This document shows, piece by piece, positions 27,397 to 33,527 of a DNA stretch of 64,000 nucleotides. The stretch is from Chitinophagales bacterium. GTDB lineage: Bacteria; Bacteroidota; Bacteroidia; Chitinophagales; JADIYW01. The position numbers and the translations under genes were made by a program. Location: contig JAXLUA010000004.1 in NCBI GenBank assembly GCA_046329805.1, positions 183,263-247,262 on the forward strand, in the 5' to 3' direction. The first letter of the stretch is position 1. Every line of letters starts with the position of its first letter. The notes beneath the pieces were generated by a model that made no database searches, was not told the DNA's origin, and saw nothing but the letters and a program-made list of their open reading frames with translations.

Positions 27397-28785
27397 ATGC
27401 TATTACACAACCAATACGAATTCAATCCTGCTACAGACCTCATTGGCAGTGGTGGCTTCGCACGTGTGTACAAGGCATTTGATATTAACCTGCACAGAAC
27501 AATTGCCCTGAAACGTTTTGACAAAAAAGACACCAAATATTCTGTATTAAATGAGATACGCCGTTGCTTCGATTTCAACCACCCCAATATCATACGTTAT
27601 CTGAATTGTTTTCAGGTAGAAAACACCGACATTTTTGGCGATAATGAAATAGTGGAGTTTGGTGTGATGGAATATGCAGATTCAGGTGATTTTAGTCAGC
27701 TAATTGATAGAAAAATCAAAGTAAGCGACGACGAATTGAAAGACATCCTAATTGGAATATTGGATGGATTGGATTATTTGCACAAACCGCAACCTCTCCA
27801 TAATAAACCATCCATCATTCATCGCGACCTAAAAGCCAGCAATATTCTTTTTGTCAGCATGGGCGACAAACTGATTCCAAAGATTTGTGATTTTGGCATC
27901 AGCAAGGAAGTAAACAGTTCCGATACTTTAACATCTACCAATACGGGCGCTTTAGGAACGGTAGAGTATATGGCACCAGAACAATTGAATATATCTAAAT
28001 TTGGGCAAGTTGGCAGACTACAACCCAATGTAGATTTCTGGGCATTGGGATGCATGCTCTATGAGTATTTTACGGACAAAGCTCCTTTTGGCAAAAGATC
28101 GGATGGTATAATGGCCATAGATATTCAGGCAAATATATTGGATAACGAACCGGTTTACCCAAATTCAATCCCTGCTAAATACCAGAAATTTATCCAACGA
28201 TGTTTAGTAAAAAACGCTGTAAATAGAGTAGCAGATGCAAATTCATTGAAGCGTATCGTTTTGGATGTTGATGAAGTTGTAGGGTCAAAGATAAAAATAG
28301 ATAAACCTAAAGTAGAACCAGAAAAAAAGTCCGATGATGCAGATACGAGATTGCTATTAACTTTTGCATACACATTAACTTTCATAGCTATAATTATAGT
28401 TGCTATCTTTCTCTACTTTCATAAAGACTCTCTATTTACTCCAAAAGAAACAAGTATAGAAAATAATGTAACTACAGATGCTGAAGTAGTTACAGAATAT
28501 ATGAAGTATACCAATACATCAGGTGAAACTTTCGATTATAATGGTGCTTTGTTAAATGGATCAATACCAAATGGAAAAGGAACAGCAATTTATACTAATG
28601 GCGATAAATATATTGGAGATTTTCAGAATGGATTAAGAAATGGTACCGGTATTTATTATTGGTCAGACGGAGAGAAGTTTGAAGGTGAATACAAAGATAA
28701 TTTAAGAAACGGGTTTGGTAAGTATTATTCTGCAGATGGTAGTCTGATAGAACAAGGTAATTATATTAATGGTGAACTTAAATAA
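27397..28785 (+). CDS. Hanks-type Ser/Thr protein kinase with one TM helix and C-terminal MORN repeats
   Basis: GSGGFARVYKA, ALKRF, HRDLKASNILF, DFGISK and YMAPE. TM helix LLLTFAYTLTFIAIIIVAIFLYF. MORN-like repeats YTNGDKYIGDFQNGLRNGTGIYYWSDGEKFEGEYKDNLRNGFGKYY. Confidence 0.9.
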   Translation: MLLHNQYEFNPATDLIGSGGFARVYKAFDINLHRTIALKRFDKKDTKYSVLNEIRRCFDFNHPNIIRYLNCFQVENTDIFGDNEIVEFGVMEYADSGDFSQLIDRKIKVSDDELKDILIGILDGLDYLHKPQPLHNKPSIIHRDLKASNILFVSMGDKLIPKICDFGISKEVNSSDTLTSTNTGALGTVEYMAPEQLNISKFGQVGRLQPNVDFWALGCMLYEYFTDKAPFGKRSDGIMAIDIQANILDNEPVYPNSIPAKYQKFIQRCLVKNAVNRVADANSLKRIVLDVDEVVGSKIKIDKPKVEPEKKSDDADTRLLLTFAYTLTFIAIIIVAIFLYFHKDSLFTPKETSIENNVTTDAEVVTEYMKYTNTSGETFDYNGALLNGSIPNGKGTAIYTNGDKYIGDFQNGLRNGTGIYYWSDGEKFEGEYKDNLRNGFGKYYSADGSLIEQGNYINGELK

Positions 28786-28799
28786 CATAAATTAATTCG

Positions 28800-29990
28800 T
28801 TTACCACACTAATATAGGCTCATGCGGTATCCTTCCCTAAAGCCAGCCTAATACCGCATCTGTGGCTCGCAGCCCATTTTTTCTGTCATGCTTTTTGTAC
28901 CCGCCCAATATGGCACATTGCTTTCTCTTACTGTCATTCTGAGCGCAGCGAAGAATCTTGCTACAATTGTCTTCCTGAGTTTATCGAAGGGACAAAAGCA
29001 AAGCGCCATGCAAAGCTTCAAACAAAAAATCACGCCAGAAAAAAATGGTCTGAAGCATACTTAAACATAATGTGCTCTTATGGTACAGCCATGCCACGCT
29101 CATTTACATGCTTGATAATGGCTTTCCCATAAGCACACTATGTTAAGTAGCCGAGCCACAGCATCATTTTGATAAAATGATGTTCGCCTACATTCTTGCG
29201 TGCCTTGCGGTCGCTTCTTCCACTCCGCTAAAGCTACATTCCATCAGCCACCTCAGCACCTAAAGCAAGCGTGTTCCCTCATTCCATGTCGCAAAAGCCA
29301 TACATTGCTTTCCGTGTGTTGGCAGATGCATCCCACACTTATTATTTTGTGTGTAAAATTTACAAAATAATGCCACCGCTTCAATGCATCTGCTCAACCC
29401 ACTCCAAGCATCCATGCAGTTTTGCTCATTCCATTCCGTCACACACTTGCCCCTTACTACTTATCCCAAACATTCCGTAAAAGGCAACTCTATCCAATGC
29501 GTGCGGTAGCTTCTTCCATTCCGATGCATTCCGTTCAGGGTGTCGCTACTTTCATCCGCTCCGAACCCTTTCACTTCATTGCATCTTCATTCCATCAGCC
29601 ACCTCCGCAAGAAAAGCAAGAGTGCTTCGCACCCTTGCGTGATAGTGCTAACCCTCATTATTCTGCAAAAAACAACTTCTATATTTTTTTAAAAAAGGCA
29701 TTATCCATAAATCCAAAAAATAAAAAAGAAAGCAAATGTAGGGGGCTTACTAAAGCCAACGCTCATGGTCTGCAAGGTTAAAATGCATTTTTGAAAAAAA
29801 ATCTCCACCTCATTCACCTTTTATCAATAAACCAAACAGCAGTTTGTGAGGTAGTATTTTTTTCCAAAAAACCTTGACAGCCCATGCCGCGCCCCCAGAA
29901 AAAAGGCTTTCTTTTTTCTTTTTTTTTGCCGTTTTTTTTTCTTGTTTTCTTTTGGGTTTATGGGTGATGCGCGAAGCGCAGCAGAGCATA
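28800..29990. other. G+C-rich ORF-free structured region (candidate large ncRNA, or decayed MITE/REP cluster)
   Basis: No credible ORF. Nested inverted repeats: 28822-28830/28851-28859, 28860-28869/29152-29161, 29059-29083/29127-29148 and 29163-29171/29175-29183. REP-like GTCATTCTGAGCGCAGCGAAGAATC. A ~40-nt direct repeat at 29237-29276 and 29588-29628. Confidence 0.5.
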
Positions 29991-30008
29991 AAAATTAATG
30001 CTCATACT

Positions 30009-30431
30009 ATGCGTACCGTACACCTCAAAACATTTAACAAAAACTTCAACTACGAAGGTCATTTTTTCTTCATCCTGAATAAAGGATTGAACAGCGGAAA
30101 ACCAATGAAAACATCCTGCCCGAATTGCTTTGTATGCATGGCAGAAAACGAAGAACAGAAAGAGCAGTTGTACTGGCTCTGCTTTGCCCTTTGGTATTCA
30201 AAATCCTTTCATTACTACCTCAAAGGTTCTGTAATCCCTTATATTTCCATAGATGAACTAAATCAATGCCTTTCCAAATCCTTGCTTAAAACCTCTGAAA
30301 ATAAACAGGAGTTTGTAAAAGCCATCCAACAGGCAAAGAAGTTCGAGGAATTAGAAAATCTATACGAAAAGAATTTGCAGCTGATAAGGCAAGCCAGGAG
30401 AGCCATTTTTTACAAACGTTCCTTTTTATAA
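30009..30431 (+). CDS. Hypothetical protein (140 aa)
   Basis: The ORF-track ORF 29874-30431 was trimmed to the ATG at 30009. The upstream part translates T-tracts into poly-Phe. No family recognised. Confidence 0.45.
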   Translation: MRTVHLKTFNKNFNYEGHFFFILNKGLNSGKPMKTSCPNCFVCMAENEEQKEQLYWLCFALWYSKSFHYYLKGSVIPYISIDELNQCLSKSLLKTSENKQEFVKAIQQAKKFEELENLYEKNLQLIRQARRAIFYKRSFL

Positions 30432-30435
30432 AGGG

Positions 30436-30484
30436 TACATAAGGCATACATAAGTCATACGTAAGCCATACATAAGCCATACAT
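30436..30484. repeat. Iteron-like array: 4.5 tandem copies of an 11-bp unit TACATAAGNCA
   Basis: TACATAAGGCA, TACATAAGTCA, TACGTAAGCCA, TACATAAGCCA, TACAT, read directly. The array starts 5 bp after the stop at 30431. Confidence 0.9.
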
Positions 30485-30523
30485 GATTGCACCTAATACC
30501 GACTATATATATCAAAATGAAAG

Positions 30524-30557
30524 AAAATAAAAAATCCTGCACTCTCATGCAGGATTT
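30524..30557 (-). terminator. Rho-independent terminator of the minus-strand SNase/267-aa/49-aa operon
   Basis: Stem AAATCCTGCA (30532-30541) / TGCAGGATTT (30548-30557). On the minus strand it is followed by TTTTATTTTC. Confidence 0.75.
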
Positions 30558-30639
30558 AAAACCATACTTCACAAAACTGTACTATGCACCAGTGGAGGGA
30601 TTTCGACCTTGTCGCTTTGAACGCCTAAAACATTCAATA

Positions 30640-30789
30640 CTAATCACCTGTCGGACTTTCACTTTGCAATTTCTTTCTTTTTTCCTCAGCCCGCTTTCTA
30701 CGCTCTTCAAAGCTCATAGACCTTGCGCCGGTGGATGGATTCCGTCCATCCCGTTTCGCTCTTCGGAAAATTGCTGTTGACTTTACCAT
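30640..30789 (-). CDS. Small highly basic protein (49 aa), absent from the ORF track (<60 aa)
   Basis: Hand translation gives MVKSTAIFRRAKRDGRNPSTGARSMSFEERRKRAEEKRKKLQSESPTGD. Its ATG lies 1 nt after the upstream stop, and the terminator follows. Confidence 0.5.
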   Translation of the reverse strand: MVKSTAIFRRAKRDGRNPSTGARSMSFEERRKRAEEKRKKLQSESPTGD

Positions 30790-30790
30790 G

Positions 30791-31594
30791 TTAAAAAATA
30801 TTATCGATTACTAAACAATTACCAGAAGAAAATTTATAATAATTTCCGTTCACTTCCTGATAAAACTCAATACCAATGCAATTGATAACGGAAATATCAG
30901 TAGTCATTACAGTACCAGCTGGCAATGATGCTGCTATTGTTTCTCCTGCATAAGCTGCATTCAATGGTGTATACGCTCCATAAGTAGAAGAACTCAATTC
31001 ATTCAAATCTGGATTGGTAGGCTCATAAGTCCCTGTGGAATCATTATAAGCAAAATCCGATACAACACCAATGGCGTTAATAAAACGAAAATGCGTAGCT
31101 CCAATTGGTGCATTGATGGAGTTTGTAGGGTTGACTGCCAAAGTTGTTAATGTACTGGTTAATCGGTCAACTGAACTTGTCAATGAATAAGGCACATAAA
31201 CAATACTTGGAAAGGAAACGTTTTTATCAAATCCGAATCCATACAAATAAGTTCTCTGTGTGCTGATTTCCACTTTACGAACACCTCTCGCTTCCGTACC
31301 ATCTTCAAGATTAATTTTCTTCATGATAGAAGTTAATCTACCTGTAACTTGTGGGTCTGTCATGCCATTAAGTACTTCGGATAACGCAACTCTTACTGAC
31401 TTTCCAGCCTTAGCACATCCTGCGAACTCCGACATATTTTCTCTCGTTCTTTCAAACTCAGGCGCAGTTTTTACCTGTGTATCGGTAGGACCTCCTATCA
31501 TTCCAGCAAAGTAGCCTGATTGTCCTTTTATTTTAAAATGTCTTACGTCCCCGATAGTACCGACGTATTTCATAATTCCTTTTTGGCGAGCCAT
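30791..31594 (-). CDS. Hypothetical protein (267 aa)
   Basis: Clean ORF with no signal peptide and no recognised motif. Confidence 0.6.
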   Translation of the reverse strand: MARQKGIMKYVGTIGDVRHFKIKGQSGYFAGMIGGPTDTQVKTAPEFERTRENMSEFAGCAKAGKSVRVALSEVLNGMTDPQVTGRLTSIMKKINLEDGTEARGVRKVEISTQRTYLYGFGFDKNVSFPSIVYVPYSLTSSVDRLTSTLTTLAVNPTNSINAPIGATHFRFINAIGVVSDFAYNDSTGTYEPTNPDLNELSSSTYGAYTPLNAAYAGETIAASLPAGTVMTTDISVINCIGIEFYQEVNGNYYKFSSGNCLVIDNIF

Positions 31595-31621
31595 AATTTA
31601 AAGATTTAAATGTTTAAAAAA

Positions 31622-32131
31622 TTATTTACAATTATTACAATATTTATTTTTGTTTTTTAAGTTATATGCTCTCCAAAATGAAGGAGGACATACACCTGTC
31701 ATTCCACATTTCCAAAGCCCCTTATGTTCATTGATAGCTAAAATCATTATGGACTTCAGTAATGAATCATTGCTATATGTTTGATAATGCCAAGCCCAGC
31801 CGTTACGAATCAATGTGCTATCCAATCGTTGATTATTAACCCAAATATCAGCAAGAACTCTACCATACAAATCCTTCCCGGTGCTGTCATAAGAAACCAT
31901 CCTACCAGATAGTAATTTGCTTGTATTAACGAATGATAAATATCCATAAGGTTGTTTTAATTCAGGTGAATCAACATTTTTAAGTCGTACAGTAAAATCT
32001 GTATTTCCTTTCCTCAAGACATAGGTATCTCCATCTTTTACACGAACAACTCTTGCACTATCATTTGCATTAGTTTTTAATGAAATAGTTGATATTAAAA
32101 AGAGAAATATTATCTTGAATATTGCGTTCAT
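31622..32131 (-). CDS. Secreted thermonuclease (staphylococcal nuclease, SNase-like)
   Basis: Signal peptide, then VVRVKDGDTYVL...VRLKNVDSPELKQPYG...GKDLYGRVLADIWV...LIRNGWAW matches the SNc fold motifs. Confidence 0.8.
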   Translation of the reverse strand: MNAIFKIIFLFLISTISLKTNANDSARVVRVKDGDTYVLRKGNTDFTVRLKNVDSPELKQPYGYLSFVNTSKLLSGRMVSYDSTGKDLYGRVLADIWVNNQRLDSTLIRNGWAWHYQTYSNDSLLKSIMILAINEHKGLWKCGMTGVCPPSFWRAYNLKNKNKYCNNCK

Positions 32132-32174
32132 GCGTCAAATATATACACACTTTAGATAGTAATAAAACATGCAC

Positions 32175-32199
32175 TTCCGAACTATTCCGATACTTCCGT
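32175..32199. promoter_or_regulatory. Three phased direct repeats TTCCGA / TTCCGA / TTCCGT in a divergent promoter region
   Basis: Motif copies at 32175-32180, 32185-32190 and 32194-32199, spaced 10 and 9 bp. They lie between the SNase start (32131, minus) and the HTH gene start (32296, plus). Confidence 0.45.
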
Positions 32200-32295
32200 T
32201 TTATCCATGCTGTGAACTTTATTCCTTAAATTTTTATTAGTATATTTGTATAAGAGTTAGTGTAAATAATTATTGACTTTAAATGTAATTACGAA

Positions 32296-32487
32296 ATGGA
32301 AAGATTATGTATTTACCCAAAGGATGTACAAATTGTTACAGGCAAAAGCGAAAGATGGGGTAGAGAAATTATTAAAAAGATTAAAGCTAAGATTAACAAA
32401 GAGGAGCATCAGTTTGTTACTATTGATGAATTTTGTACTTACTATGGTCTTGAAGAAAACAAAGTAAAACAACTTTTAAGACTATAA
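32296..32487 (+). CDS. Small HTH DNA-binding protein (candidate excisionase / recombination directionality factor)
   Basis: MERLCIYPKDVQIVTGKSERWGREIIKKIK resembles the AlpA/excisionase-type HTH of Bacteroidota mobile elements. It sits at the island end opposite the recombinase. Confidence 0.5.
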   Translation: MERLCIYPKDVQIVTGKSERWGREIIKKIKAKINKEEHQFVTIDEFCTYYGLEENKVKQLLRL

Positions 32488-32653
32488 TCTTAACTTTGAT
32501 TATAGTAATCTCTTACTAATAGGGATATGGTTAGATACCTCTACGGGAGTATAAATACAACTAAATAGCATAGTTCAAGCCATTAGGCATTGATTCAGGA
32601 GTTAGCAGCTTTACGTTCAAAACCCCTTTTAAATCATATATTCTCTTGAAATG

Positions 32654-32666
32654 CACCATTAATTGG
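32654..32666. repeat. Right copy of the 13-bp direct repeat (putative attR core)
   Basis: TGGTTCGATAACT, identical to 14475-14487. Confidence 0.7.
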
Positions 32667-32683
32667 TTCGATAACTGTCCCGT
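32654..32683 (+). pseudogene. tRNA-Glu 3'-end-like remnant (non-functional)
   Basis: TGGTTCGATAACTGTCCCGTACGGGCTACA shares GGTTCGAT and ACGGGCTAC with the T-loop and acceptor 3' strand of tRNA-Glu (14351-14373). It cannot form a T stem. Confidence 0.5.
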
Positions 32684-32714
32684 ACGGGCTACAAAAAAAT
32701 GCTTCCACCTTGGA
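32683..32714. terminator. Bidirectional rho-independent terminator (3' of the minus-strand TPR gene)
   Basis: A7 run, stem ATGCTTCCA (32689-32697) / TGGAAGCAT (32701-32709), then a T-run. Confidence 0.75.
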
Positions 32715-32731
32715 AGCATTTTTTATTGTCT

Positions 32732-33454
32732 CTATTTCCGGCAGTATTGTTTTATTAAATCGTATGCACCGTAATCTTGCATTTCTCCGGCTTTGCTCCA
32801 GTCTTTACAAGCATTTCTAAAATCGCCTTCATGCCCTTCTGCCATTCCGCGATTGAGGTAAGCGTCCGACAAATTGGGGTTTAACTGAATGGCTTTATCG
32901 AAATATAAAATAGATTTTTTTTCGTTTCCGAGCTTATCTTCTACTATGGCAATATTGTAATATATATCCGGAAAGTTGGGATTTATAGTTGCAATTTTAG
33001 TAAAATCGAGCAATGCTTCTTTCAGCAAGCCCAAATCACCTTCGGCAATTCCACGATTGAGATAAGCATACAAGTAGGTGGAATCTATTGAGATAGTAGC
33101 ATCAAAATCTGAAATTGCGCCGTCATAATCGCCTAATTTTCCTTTGGCAATTCCTCTATTGTAATAGGCATCAAAAAACCGGGGATTAAATTTTATGGCT
33201 TGTGAAAAATCTTGAATGGCGGAAACATAATCGGCAGTGTTATAGTATGCAATACCTCTACTGTTTAATGCTTTTACATTGTTGGTATCTAATGCCAATG
33301 CTTTACTATATTGCTGTATTGCTCCGGAATAATTACCGGATTCATTTTTTTTAAACCCATCTTTGTAGTAATCTCCTTGGGATTGGGCATTTCCATTATT
33401 TAGCAAGAGTACTAAAAATATAGCTGTAAATGTGCCTATAAATTTCATGTCCAA
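32732..33454 (-). CDS. Secreted tetratricopeptide (TPR) repeat protein
   Basis: Signal peptide, then about six TPR units of the form A..YNRGIA...GDY..AI.DF..AI..NP. Confidence 0.8.
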   Translation of the reverse strand: MDMKFIGTFTAIFLVLLLNNGNAQSQGDYYKDGFKKNESGNYSGAIQQYSKALALDTNNVKALNSRGIAYYNTADYVSAIQDFSQAIKFNPRFFDAYYNRGIAKGKLGDYDGAISDFDATISIDSTYLYAYLNRGIAEGDLGLLKEALLDFTKIATINPNFPDIYYNIAIVEDKLGNEKKSILYFDKAIQLNPNLSDAYLNRGMAEGHEGDFRNACKDWSKAGEMQDYGAYDLIKQYCRK

Positions 33455-33527
33455 GGTTTAATTTAAATATAGACTCGGATAGAATGAAATAGTTACAAGC
33501 GGCAACTAAAAAGGGCAAAAAATAACA

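Larger units (their letters stand above)
14475..32666. mobile_element. ~18.2 kb integrative genomic island (serine-recombinase type) with no conjugation or virion genes seen
   Basis: An exact 13-bp direct repeat TGGTTCGATAACT sits at both ends. A large serine recombinase lies at the left end and a small HTH protein at the right end. Cargo is accessory/defence-like, while the flanks are housekeeping genes and a tRNA. Confidence 0.75.

Noticed and set aside
28848-29781. Several 60-119 aa ORFs (28848-29033, 29260-29442, 29271-29480, 29422-29781) in the G+C-rich region
   Set aside because: They overlap one another in different frames and strands and are rich in His/Ser/Pro low-complexity runs produced by the CATTCC repeats. 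They cross stable hairpins and contain no recognisable domain. The region is treated as non-coding.
29874-30008. N-terminal 45 codons of the 185-aa ORF
   Set aside because: They translate the T6/T9/T9 tracts into poly-Phe. The ORF was trimmed to the ATG at 30009.
13074-30484. Possibility that the short tandem arrays (7-bp at 13074-13171, 11-bp at 30436-30484) are CRISPR arrays
   Set aside because: The units are contiguous with no spacers and are far shorter than CRISPR repeats. No cas genes are present in the window.
30585-30612. tRNA/tmRNA-like 3' end (minus strand GGTCGAAATCCCTCCACTGGTGCA)
   Set aside because: No complementary T stem or acceptor stem could be drawn on either strand. The resemblance is limited to TCGAAATCC.
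30487-30780. 97-aa plus-strand ORF
   Set aside because: It runs through the minus-strand terminator hairpin and is antisense to the tightly coupled 49-aa basic ORF. It has no motif.
6624-32199. Idea that the chromosomal TTCCGA-N4-TCGGAA palindromes and the island TTCCG(A/T) direct repeats belong to one regulon
   Set aside because: They share only a hexamer. The architectures differ (inverted versus direct), so the link is not claimed.
32273-32467. 64-aa ORF overlapping the 63-aa HTH ORF in another frame
   Set aside because: The 32296-32487 frame gives an excisionase-like HTH sequence. The alternative frame is Lys/Leu low-complexity.
14475-32666. Island as a prophage or a conjugative element
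   Set aside because: I could recognise no terminase, portal, capsid or tail genes, and no relaxase, coupling protein or T4SS genes. I call it an integrative island only. The 267-aa and 291-aa unknowns leave some room for a satellite-like element.
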